Below are positions 42,907 to 50,871 of a DNA stretch of 53,776 bases, in pieces; within the stretch, counting starts at the first letter, position 1, and every line of letters begins with the position of its first letter. The stretch spans positions 1 through 53,776 of the forward strand of contig NZGE01000015.1 of the NCBI GenBank assembly GCA_002689455.1. Direction: 5' to 3'. Position numbers and translations under genes: made by a program. A model generated the notes under the pieces. It did not search any database. It was not told the origin of the DNA and saw only the letters and a list, made by a program, of their open reading frames with translations. This DNA is from Magnetococcales bacterium (lineage in GTDB: Bacteria; Pseudomonadota; Alphaproteobacteria; UBA2136).

Positions 42907-43123
42907 AGAACCTATTTCCTTATATAAAATTATTTAGCATATGACCGACAATGTCATAACAAATAACAGCATAGAGAAACAGCCCAAAAAGTCAACGCAT
43001 TTAGCGTTAAAAATGCACTTAAAAAAACACAAAAATGAACCATAAAGCAACTTTATTCAAACAAGTCACACCCGCAACAATACAAACCAACATGAGTTTT
43101 TTTATTTTTGTGCATAAACACTA

Positions 43124-43151
43124 TTGACAAGAAAAATTTTCAGGTTATGAT
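43124..43151 (+). promoter_or_regulatory. sigma70 promoter of tRNA-Met
   Basis: TTGACA-16 bp-TATGAT. Confidence 0.75.
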
Positions 43152-43168
43152 GCAAAACGTTCATACAT

Positions 43169-43245
43169 GGCGCTTTAGCTCAGTTGGTTAGAGCAGTGGA
43201 ATCATAATCCAAAGGTCCGGGGTTCAAGTCCCTGAAGCGCCACCA
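43169..43245 (+). tRNA. tRNA-Met (CAT), elongator type
   Basis: GGCGCTT/AAGCGCC acceptor stem, GGAATCATAATCC anticodon arm, GTTCAAG T-loop, encoded CCA. Confidence 0.93.
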
Positions 43246-43417
43246 TTTTCCCAATTAAATTAAATTTTAAACACCTCATAAATTTACACGCAATCCGTGT
43301 ACACACGCTCTTACTATATACCCCTTAAGAGATACAAGGTATTGTTTTTCTTGATATTCAAGTTTAATTTACACATAATAAAAAAAGGGTTATTAGGGTA
43401 GTTTTAAAGGGGTAAAT

Positions 43418-43735
43418 ATGATTCGTTGTACATTTAGCGACGCTTTAAAAATTAAAGAAGACGCTATTACACGCAACGTTGTTGTTAATTTTGAACACGG
43501 TTTTCGTGTAAACATTGACGTACACATTGCGCAAACTGAAGAAAATAAAATTGGCTGGCGCATTAATATGCATGGTAACAGCGAAGTTATTAAAGCCGCC
43601 AAGAAAGAACTTTTCGAACACACAGTACACTACCTTGAAAAACGCCTACGCAAAACTTTAAACACAATTTCGTTTGAAGACATTATACTTCTCACACAGG
43701 CAAAGCCCATTAAATCTGTATCAAGGAATGACTAA
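43418..43735 (+). CDS. Hypothetical protein
   Basis: 105-aa ORF with AAGGGG SD, coupled (TAATG) to the CBS gene. Confidence 0.65.
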   Translation: MIRCTFSDALKIKEDAITRNVVVNFEHGFRVNIDVHIAQTEENKIGWRINMHGNSEVIKAAKKELFEHTVHYLEKRLRKTLNTISFEDIILLTQAKPIKSVSRND

Positions 43736-44142
43736 TGATTTTACAAAACCTCGTAACGCATGATTCACGTAATATTAAAACCGTTATGGATAACATCACC
43801 ATTTATGATGTTGCAGACATCATATTTAAACAAGGATTATCGTCTGTTCTTGTTTTAAACAAAGCAAAAAAATCAATTGGCATTGTGACTGAGCAAGATG
43901 TTGTTTTAGCCATTAAAACATTTAAACAAAAAATTTTAGAGCTCAAAATCACTGAAATTATGTCCGTTGATTTGATGGCCTGCCACCCTGACGAAGCAAT
44001 TGACGAAGCTGTAAGGGTTATGGGAGCATATAAAATAAGAAACTTACCCATCATCACCGAAAGTGGAAATTTATCAGGATTTATTGACCTAAACACCATT
44101 GCACGTGCCCAACTTTCTCACATTATTCAGCGCTGGGGCTAA
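43735..44142 (+). CDS. CBS-domain pair protein
   Basis: GIVTEQDV, EIMS, IRNLPI, GFI Bateman-module pattern. Confidence 0.88.
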   Translation: MILQNLVTHDSRNIKTVMDNITIYDVADIIFKQGLSSVLVLNKAKKSIGIVTEQDVVLAIKTFKQKILELKITEIMSVDLMACHPDEAIDEAVRVMGAYKIRNLPIITESGNLSGFIDLNTIARAQLSHIIQRWG

Positions 44143-44158
44143 ACCTTTAAATTTATTC

Positions 44159-44191
44159 AAAAAAGCACACCTTTTAAAAGTGTGCTTTTTT
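44159..44191 (+). terminator. Intrinsic terminator
   Basis: AAAAAAGCACAC...GTGTGCTTTTTT. Confidence 0.8.
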
Positions 44192-44338
44192 TACATCAAA
44201 CCCAAAAATAACAAACTTTTAACTATGAATTTGTATGATAAATAACATATTGATTTTTAATAACATGTTTATTTTTTAGCCAATCTGTGAAAATGTGTCT
44301 ATTGTATCAAAATTAAAAGGTCTTTATATTCACCTTCC

Positions 44339-44464
44339 ATGAAATGGATAACTCGTACAGCTGCGCCTTACTTATTAATCACATGGGTGGTTACATCTTT
44401 TGTTATTTGGATGTCGCAATACGGGTCTGTTATCGAAAATATTATGAACACCTTATTACACTGA
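44339..44464 (+). CDS. Small single-TM protein (41 aa), probably leaderless
   Basis: MKWITRTAAPYLLITWVVTSFVIWMSQYGSVIENIMNTLLH; TTGTAT-17-TATATT (44302-44330) places the start site near the ATG. Confidence 0.5.
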   Translation: MKWITRTAAPYLLITWVVTSFVIWMSQYGSVIENIMNTLLH

Positions 44465-44492
44465 ATTACATAATAATAACAAGGTCTACGCA

Positions 44493-46397
44493 GTGGAATT
44501 TTTACAACTAATGCTCATTTTACCGTGGGTTTTTGCATTTGTTTTAACAGGCAGGTTTACGCTTCGCTTTTTTGGTATTACACATTTAAAGGGTATTTCG
44601 TCTTTCACCTTTAACTACTGGGCAGGCTTTTCAATCATCAGCCTTATTCTTTTCATATACACAAGCTTATTTACATTGAATCTAACCGCAGTTACTTCTA
44701 TATTTTCAATTGCATTTCTTGGCTTCTTACCAAGTAAAACACAAACAATGAAAAGCCACTTTAAGTCATTTGATCAAGGTCATTTGCTTAGTTCTTTATT
44801 TGTGCTTGCATGCCTTATCACCCTACCTGCAGCCATGACAGCCCCACTAGCTGGCTCAAGCCTAGAATATCACCTAGCCATTCCCAAAGCTATCGCTGAA
44901 ACAGGCGAAATGTCACTAACAATGGATAGTTTTATTCAATCAGGCCCCCTATTATCACATAACATAAGCGCCGCTGCATATTTAGCAGGCGGTGAAAAGT
45001 TGATGATGTTACATGGCTGGTCACTATTCTTACTTTCTGGGTTAGCTGTTTTCACATTGGCACGCCGCCGTTTACGTGTGGGTTCTTCATGGATTTTCAC
45101 ATCATTGGTTATGAGCTTACCCGCATTAACTTACAGTGCAGGAAGTGGCATTATAGAACCAAGACTTTTAGGGCTTGTAACACTGGCTGCTTTTTCTCTT
45201 ATTTACTACGCACGCAGTGAAAAGCTTTCATGGCTTGTTTTAAGCGCATTGTTTATTGGTACAGCAGCGCAAATGCATATTATTGGTATATTTACCTACA
45301 TGGCCTTTTTAATAACCGCCATCTTAATCCAAAAAGACTTTGGCCTTAAAAAAGGTCTTAGTCACTTTGCATTATTTACCATTTTATGCACATTTATTTC
45401 AGCACCTTTTTATCTTTGGGCGTACTCTGAAACGGGTAAAGTTCTTATTCCGTTTATGAACGACCTTTCAGGTATGACAGGCTGGAGCGATATGCAACAA
45501 GCTTTATATAACCAAGAAGCTTTAACGCAATCAAACTTTGTAGAGCGCACAAAGTCAAACTGGCTATTCACTTACCCACTTGCAATGACCCTAAAAGCCA
45601 AAGAATGGGGCACAAGCCACCTTGGATTGGGACCCTTATTTTTAATGTCGCTTATACCTGGCCTTATCCTTGTATTTAAAAGGTTTTCATACATCAGTCC
45701 AATAGCTAAACCAATAGGCACACTTGAGCTTCACGTTTACCTATTCATGACCTTTTATGCACTTTGGTTCTTTTATGGCATGTCTATGGAACCACAAAGC
45801 CTGATACCAATGCTACCTCTACTTATGCTTCCAGCATGGGTTATGGCGGAAACACTCATTGCACGCAGCTCATTTGCCATTCGAAGCAGCATTATCACAG
45901 CAACCTTTGCAATCATGGCTGTACAATATGGTATTTCATCTAAGTTAAACCAACCTGCCATAGCGCTTTTCTTTAAAAAAATACCTTTAGAAACTTACAT
46001 TGCATATAACATGCCTGAAGTAAACGTAGCTCAATATTTAAAGCGCACCATGAATGATGGCGATAAAGTACTCTACACGCAAAACGGTAAAATGAACTAT
46101 GTGCTTGGACGTAAAGGGTTTTATGCCCCAGCCGTATTCCAAGAAAAAATCCCAGTTGCATTTGGCACAAGCACCGATATTATCAACAGTGCTTTAAGTG
46201 AAAATATAACCATGTGGGTTACTGAAAATGATGCGACAAACCCAAGCTACGACAGTGACTTTAACGCACACAAACACCTAAGAAAACTTATAAATTACGG
46301 CTGCTTTAGAGAAGACGGTTACATTGAACCTGTCCCGAATAAAAGTTTTTACGTGTATAGGTTTATTCACAATTGCCAAGGCCGTGCAACGTTATAA
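44493..46397 (+). CDS. Polytopic membrane protein, GT-C (ArnT/PMT-like) glycosyltransferase-like
   Basis: Many TM helices, LEYHLAIPK loop motif, soluble C-terminal domain; GTG start. Confidence 0.6.
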   Translation: MEFLQLMLILPWVFAFVLTGRFTLRFFGITHLKGISSFTFNYWAGFSIISLILFIYTSLFTLNLTAVTSIFSIAFLGFLPSKTQTMKSHFKSFDQGHLLSSLFVLACLITLPAAMTAPLAGSSLEYHLAIPKAIAETGEMSLTMDSFIQSGPLLSHNISAAAYLAGGEKLMMLHGWSLFLLSGLAVFTLARRRLRVGSSWIFTSLVMSLPALTYSAGSGIIEPRLLGLVTLAAFSLIYYARSEKLSWLVLSALFIGTAAQMHIIGIFTYMAFLITAILIQKDFGLKKGLSHFALFTILCTFISAPFYLWAYSETGKVLIPFMNDLSGMTGWSDMQQALYNQEALTQSNFVERTKSNWLFTYPLAMTLKAKEWGTSHLGLGPLFLMSLIPGLILVFKRFSYISPIAKPIGTLELHVYLFMTFYALWFFYGMSMEPQSLIPMLPLLMLPAWVMAETLIARSSFAIRSSIITATFAIMAVQYGISSKLNQPAIALFFKKIPLETYIAYNMPEVNVAQYLKRTMNDGDKVLYTQNGKMNYVLGRKGFYAPAVFQEKIPVAFGTSTDIINSALSENITMWVTENDATNPSYDSDFNAHKHLRKLINYGCFREDGYIEPVPNKSFYVYRFIHNCQGRATL

Positions 46398-46496
46398 AAT
46401 CATACAAAAGGGGCAAAACATTTAAAACAAACAATAGCTTATTTCATATAGGATTTTTTTAGAAAATAATTATTGTTTTAGGGTTGAAGTTTATCC

Positions 46497-46515
46497 ATTA
46501 TTTTCATATATGAAA
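46497..46515. repeat. 19-bp repeat copy 1 / putative operator
   Basis: ATTATTTTCATATATGAAA, containing the perfect palindrome TTTCATATATGAAA; identical to 48257-48275. Confidence 0.8.
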
Positions 46516-48153
46516 GTAACAGACAAAAAAAACCCATACATGAAACCGGACCTAAAAATGGATACATTATTCAGAAATATTGCCAAACAGCTAAAAAAAG
46601 CAATTGAAGAAAAAGATATTTCTATTTCAGAACTTGCTAAAAAAGCAGATGTATCCGATGCCACACTAAGCCGTATTTTATCAGGTGAGGCCAACCCTTC
46701 TTTTGATAAAATTGTACGTATTGCAAAGTCCTTAGAAATAAGCCTAGACAAACTAACGGGCTTACCTATTAAGGAAGTGGAAAGTAACGCCCCCACCCTT
46801 GAGCAAGAGGATTATTCAAATGAAACCGACATTCTAGCCAGTTTTGAAATAAGCGATACAGACTTAACACCTTCCCAAGCATCTCGTATGCTTACAAGCG
46901 CTGCCAACGGCACATGGATAGCGCACCCACACGACAGTTTGATTAAAGAAAACACACCGCGTGTTAAGCCTATTTTTTGCATGCAAACTGGCACACGTAA
47001 AATATGTGTGGATTTAGCATTCCCACACACCTACGTTGAAGAAGGTTCCATTGCCAGCCTTATTGGTGTTATTGGTTCAGCCCTTGCAGGTACACAAGCC
47101 AAACTTATGGATATTCGCATACCTACAGCGTTGGTGCGCACCTTTAAAGCCCCTTTTAATGGCAGACAATCTATTTTGGAAAAAATGTCTGAAACCCCCC
47201 GCCCGTTGCTAAGCGTGACCATGCGCCCTATGACAGGCTTAACACCACAGCACTATGCAGATACTGTATATAAATTGCTAAAAAACGGTGTTGACTTCAC
47301 ATGCGACCCCACCATGATGCATTCACTTCCTGAACACGACTTTCGTGAGCGTGTAAACCGCATTGCAGAAGTAATCAATGAGCTAAAATATGAAGAGTCA
47401 CTTCGAAATAAGCACCACATGGTGAATGTAAGTGCAGCCACCACAGAAGAAGTGATTGACCGTGCACGCCATGCTGTTTATGCAGGGTTAAAATACCTAT
47501 TAATCGACACCTCCGCAACGGGCTTTAGCACACTACAAAGCCTACGTAAATTTGCAGAAGAACATGACGTTATTATTGCAGCCATGGGCGCCCGTGGCAT
47601 GCAAACAGCCACCATGAGCGAACAAGTTATTGCAAAACTTTTACGCTTTGCAGGGGCAGATATTGTAAGTATTCCAAGCCCGCTAGGGGAAAGCTTTCAA
47701 AACTCACGCCGTCAAGTTAAAGGAACTATTTTATCCCTTATCGGTGATGACCCAATTGCGCAAGACCACTTAGGCCTTTCCTTCGACCAACCAACACTTT
47801 GCATGAAACAATCCATTCCAGCAGTTGGTGGTGGGCACAACCCATGGCACTTTCCACGCATTATAGACACGGTAGGCGCAGGCTGCATTATTCAATGTGG
47901 CGCCAATGTTATGAGCCATCCAAACGGCATTGAAGCAGGTGCAAAAGCAAATATTGCAGCCGTTACAGCGCTGATGGAAGCATCCAAAAAGGGCCAAAGC
48001 CTTGCCGTTGAAGGAAAGAAGATATTGCAAGAATCCGCAAGACACAATGAAGCCTTAAAAGAAGCCTTAAAACATTGGAGCGAAGGCGCATTTCTATTTG
48101 GGGTTATTGAAGGCGACAAAACCAACATATCAGGCACCATTAAGGTCGTATAA
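46510..48153 (+). CDS. XRE-family HTH fused to a catalytically degenerate Form I-like RuBisCO large-subunit domain
   Basis: aa ~24-84 HTH_3 (SELAKKADVSDATLSRILSGEANPS); aa ~104-530 collinear with RbcL (TDILASF, GTW, EEGS, RPLL, GVDFTCD, AKLLRFAGAD, GLSFDQ, HPNG...AGAKAN). True start may be Met11 or Met17. Confidence 0.9.
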   Translation: MKVTDKKNPYMKPDLKMDTLFRNIAKQLKKAIEEKDISISELAKKADVSDATLSRILSGEANPSFDKIVRIAKSLEISLDKLTGLPIKEVESNAPTLEQEDYSNETDILASFEISDTDLTPSQASRMLTSAANGTWIAHPHDSLIKENTPRVKPIFCMQTGTRKICVDLAFPHTYVEEGSIASLIGVIGSALAGTQAKLMDIRIPTALVRTFKAPFNGRQSILEKMSETPRPLLSVTMRPMTGLTPQHYADTVYKLLKNGVDFTCDPTMMHSLPEHDFRERVNRIAEVINELKYEESLRNKHHMVNVSAATTEEVIDRARHAVYAGLKYLLIDTSATGFSTLQSLRKFAEEHDVIIAAMGARGMQTATMSEQVIAKLLRFAGADIVSIPSPLGESFQNSRRQVKGTILSLIGDDPIAQDHLGLSFDQPTLCMKQSIPAVGGGHNPWHFPRIIDTVGAGCIIQCGANVMSHPNGIEAGAKANIAAVTALMEASKKGQSLAVEGKKILQESARHNEALKEALKHWSEGAFLFGVIEGDKTNISGTIKVV

Positions 48154-48162
48154 ATCTTAAAA

Positions 48163-48249
48163 ATTTGATGCGTATCATACGCATATCATACGAAAAAAAG
48201 GTGCATCACCAACGTATCGGTGCGTTCAATACGCATCAAATACGCATCA
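48163..48249. repeat. Cluster of ATACGCAT motifs, direct and inverted
   Basis: Copies at 48168-75 (reverse), 48177-84, 48229-36, 48240-47; 13-bp inverted repeat 48163-75 / 48229-41. Confidence 0.75.
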
Positions 48250-48256
48250 CGGACAA

Positions 48257-48277
48257 ATTATTTTCATATATGAAAAT
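48257..48277. repeat. 19-bp repeat copy 2 / putative operator
   Basis: ATTATTTTCATATATGAAA; perfect 18-bp palindrome ATTTTCATATATGAAAAT at 48260-48277. Confidence 0.8.
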
Positions 48278-48370
48278 TAATACGAAACATATGGCGTATG
48301 AAACCTGCACAAAGCACCAATGATAAAGAAACGGAAAAGATATTGTATTTACAGATTCTTTCTTAAAGCC

Positions 48371-48405
48371 AATAAAAAAGGAGGCTAATCGCCTCCTTTT
48401 TTATT
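48371..48405. terminator. Bidirectional terminator overlapping the stop of the convergent gene
   Basis: AATAAAAAAGGAGGC-TAATC-GCCTCCTTTTTTATT. Confidence 0.8.
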
Positions 48406-49224
48406 TTCCTGTGGTAACTCTGGAATAATCTTCAAGCGGTTTTCTGGTTCTTCCAACAGTCGCTTTAATGCTTTAACCTTGGTAACACCACTGTCGCCCA
48501 ACCTATCCACCGTTTGCAGAAAGCTTTGGTATGCAAAAGGTGTTAAAAGAGAAGATAAATATTCTGCGTAAATTTCATTGCTTAAAGGCTCTACTTCTTT
48601 ATGCAACTTATGCTTTTTAAGGCTTTTATCATCACGCAAAGTTTCTACCGTAAAATCACTTCGATCAAGCAGGCTATATGAATGTAAAGGCATTCCCATT
48701 AAACTACCAACCGCCTTTGAAACCACATGCACCGAACAAGGGTTTGACAACTTCTGCCCTGTTATATGTGCCAGTGCAATGTTAATTCGTGAAATATCTG
48801 TCATATTAAAATGCATTTTTTCACCTAATTTTTGTGAAGCAAACACCTCTTTACAGTCAACTTCATTGGTGGAAAGCCCCCAGCTGTGCGTATCGAACCC
48901 TATAAACATTTTGTCACGCCCTGGGTTGCGTGAAAAACGAGCTTTAGGTAACGAACGTTCTAAAGGTACAACGTTAAAGCTATATGCTTTTTCGTAATCT
49001 TCTTTGGTAAAAATAAACTGCGCCTTGCGAGTGTCGTAGTAATATTCACCCTTTAAAGGTAAACCAGAAAGCTTCGCCACACCTTCATCATCTACTTCAA
49101 TGTAAAATGTTAAATATGCGTCCTTAATTTTCATGCCGTATCCAGCAAAAGCCTCACTTACAAAAAAAAGTGAAGATAAAAGCATAAAAAAGATTGTTTT
49201 TTTAATGTTGGCAGTTGATTTCAT
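48385..49224 (-). CDS. Hypothetical exported protein
   Basis: Sec signal peptide ending AFA; no family recognised. Confidence 0.75.
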   Translation of the reverse strand: MKSTANIKKTIFFMLLSSLFFVSEAFAGYGMKIKDAYLTFYIEVDDEGVAKLSGLPLKGEYYYDTRKAQFIFTKEDYEKAYSFNVVPLERSLPKARFSRNPGRDKMFIGFDTHSWGLSTNEVDCKEVFASQKLGEKMHFNMTDISRINIALAHITGQKLSNPCSVHVVSKAVGSLMGMPLHSYSLLDRSDFTVETLRDDKSLKKHKLHKEVEPLSNEIYAEYLSSLLTPFAYQSFLQTVDRLGDSGVTKVKALKRLLEEPENRLKIIPELPQENKKGGD

Positions 49225-49280
49225 AAACGTCTATTGCTACTTTGTCTTTTATATTTCTAAACTATTTAAGGATGACATCC

Positions 49281-49844
49281 ATGAGAATTAATGGCAACCA
49301 AATTCGCCCAGGTATGGTACTTGAGCACCAAGGCCGTTTGTGGCGTGTTGCAAAGATTTCGCACACTCAGCCTGGTAAAGGTGGCGCATACACCCAAGCC
49401 GAAATGAAAGACATTGTTTCTGGCACAAAACTAAACGAGCGTTTCCGTTCTTCTGAAACAGTTGAACGTGCACGTTTAGAGCAAGTTGAAATGCAGTACC
49501 TATACGACGATGGCATGGCCTTAAACTTCATGAACACAGAGAACTATGAACAAGTTGCCCTAAACTATGACATGGTGGGCGACCTTAAAGTTTGGCTACA
49601 AGAAAACATGATGGTTCAAATTGAGTTTTATGAAGACAAAGCCATTGGCATTGAACTTCCTGAAAAAATTGTTATGGAAATTACAGAAGCTGAAGCTACT
49701 GTTAAAGGCCAAACACAATCATCTTCATTTAAACCTGCGGTTGTTGAAAACGGTGAAACCGTTATGGTTCCACAGTTCATCAGCTCGGGTGAAAAAATTG
49801 TCATCAACACAACCGATGGCTCTTACGTAGAGCGTGCAAAGTAA
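49281..49844 (+). CDS. efp: Elongation factor P
   Basis: MRINGNQIRPG, HTQPGKGGA, KPA, VPQFI, YVERA; AAGGA SD before the ATG at 49281. Confidence 0.97.
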   Translation: MRINGNQIRPGMVLEHQGRLWRVAKISHTQPGKGGAYTQAEMKDIVSGTKLNERFRSSETVERARLEQVEMQYLYDDGMALNFMNTENYEQVALNYDMVGDLKVWLQENMMVQIEFYEDKAIGIELPEKIVMEITEAEATVKGQTQSSSFKPAVVENGETVMVPQFISSGEKIVINTTDGSYVERAK

Positions 49845-49981
49845 AAGAAACATCTTTTCACTTGCAACATTGCATACAATACATTACAACACCCTTAAAC
49901 CCTAACCGGTTTAAGGGATGTTAATAGACCATTTTGGCAGTTATCGTTATAATAACCGTCAAATAAACAAATTTACAAAAG

Positions 49982-49992
49982 GCTCTTTGATA
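49982..49992 (+). promoter_or_regulatory. boxA-like Nus-factor element upstream of suhB
   Basis: GCTCTTTGATA versus boxA consensus GYTCTTTAANA, immediately before the suhB start. Confidence 0.55.
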
Positions 49993-49994
49993 AT

Positions 49995-50819
49995 ATGAAA
50001 CAGAACATGAAGCAAAGTCGTGAACGTACCATGGCTTTTTCGGACAACGCCCAACTTAACATTATGGAGCGTATGGCAAGACGTAGCGCTAAACCATTTA
50101 AATTAGCGTTTGTTGACATTGAACGTAAACTTGTAACCAAAGATGGCGCTGCCAACTTAACAAGCGAAACGCTTTCTAAAATGGAGCGATTCTACACACA
50201 AGATATCACCGAAAAAGCACCTGACGATGCTTTAGTATTCACAACAGGCAGCAGCTTACCAACAGAAGGTAGCGCTTGGCTAGTAAACACATGTGGTAGT
50301 GCTATTAACTTAGCCCACGGCCACGAACCTGTGAACGTTTCATTTGCTTACATGGTAGACGGCGTTATTCAATGCGCCCTTGTTTATTACCCACTAACAG
50401 ATGAAATTTTTGCCATTGAGCACGGTAAAGGTGCTTACAGCCATGAAGGTCGCTTACGCGTTTCGGGCAAAGACCTTGTTGAAAACAGCCTTGTTTCTAT
50501 TTTCTCACCAGTGACAAACACACAAGACGAAGATACATACTTCAACCTTGTAAAACTTGCACGTAAAAACAACTGCCACGTACGTACTTCTGGCAACCTA
50601 ATTCACGATGCAATTACGCACTGTAAAGGTAAACTAGACAGCATTATTTCCATCAACCAAAAACCTGTTGATGTTTTCATCAGCCAATTCATTATTCGTG
50701 AATCTGGTGGTTCTGCATGCGAACTAGGCAGTAAAGCCATTGAACTTGGCAGCACAGAAATTTTAGCTGCAAACAGCAAACTTCAAGGTAAATGGTTGCG
50801 TTTATTAGCTGCTAAATAA
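49995..50819 (+). CDS. suhB: SuhB/inositol monophosphatase family protein with degenerate catalytic motifs
   Basis: AQLNIMERMARRSA N-terminus, YYPLTDEIFAIEHGKGAY, RLRVS, VRTSG, KPVD, IRESGG; efp-suhB order. Start may be 50031. Confidence 0.8.
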   Translation: MKQNMKQSRERTMAFSDNAQLNIMERMARRSAKPFKLAFVDIERKLVTKDGAANLTSETLSKMERFYTQDITEKAPDDALVFTTGSSLPTEGSAWLVNTCGSAINLAHGHEPVNVSFAYMVDGVIQCALVYYPLTDEIFAIEHGKGAYSHEGRLRVSGKDLVENSLVSIFSPVTNTQDEDTYFNLVKLARKNNCHVRTSGNLIHDAITHCKGKLDSIISINQKPVDVFISQFIIRESGGSACELGSKAIELGSTEILAANSKLQGKWLRLLAAK

Positions 50820-50829
50820 CCTGTTTCAA

Positions 50830-50867
50830 AAAAAGAAAAAGGAGGCTTTCACCTCCTTTTTCTTTTT
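50830..50867. terminator. Bidirectional terminator
   Basis: AAAAAGAAAAAGGAGG-CTTTCA-CCTCCTTTTTCTTTTT. Confidence 0.85.
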
Positions 50868-50871
50868 AAAT

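Noticed and set aside
43169-43245. tRNA-Ile2 or initiator tRNA
   Set aside because: Paired G1-C72 and no GGG/CCC anticodon stem argue against initiator; the GGAATCATAATCC arm matches the elongator Met pattern.
46510-48153. Functional RuBisCO / Calvin cycle, or a methionine-salvage RLP
   Set aside because: The KDDE motif and other catalytic residues are absent, and there are no rbcS, prk, cbbQ/X or mtn genes in the window.
48154-48330. CRISPR array
   Set aside because: Repeats are only 8-13 bp, irregularly spaced and in both orientations; no cas genes.
43246-48370. Genomic island integrated at tRNA-Met
   Set aside because: No integrase, no duplicated tRNA 3' end seen, and no obvious compositional shift.
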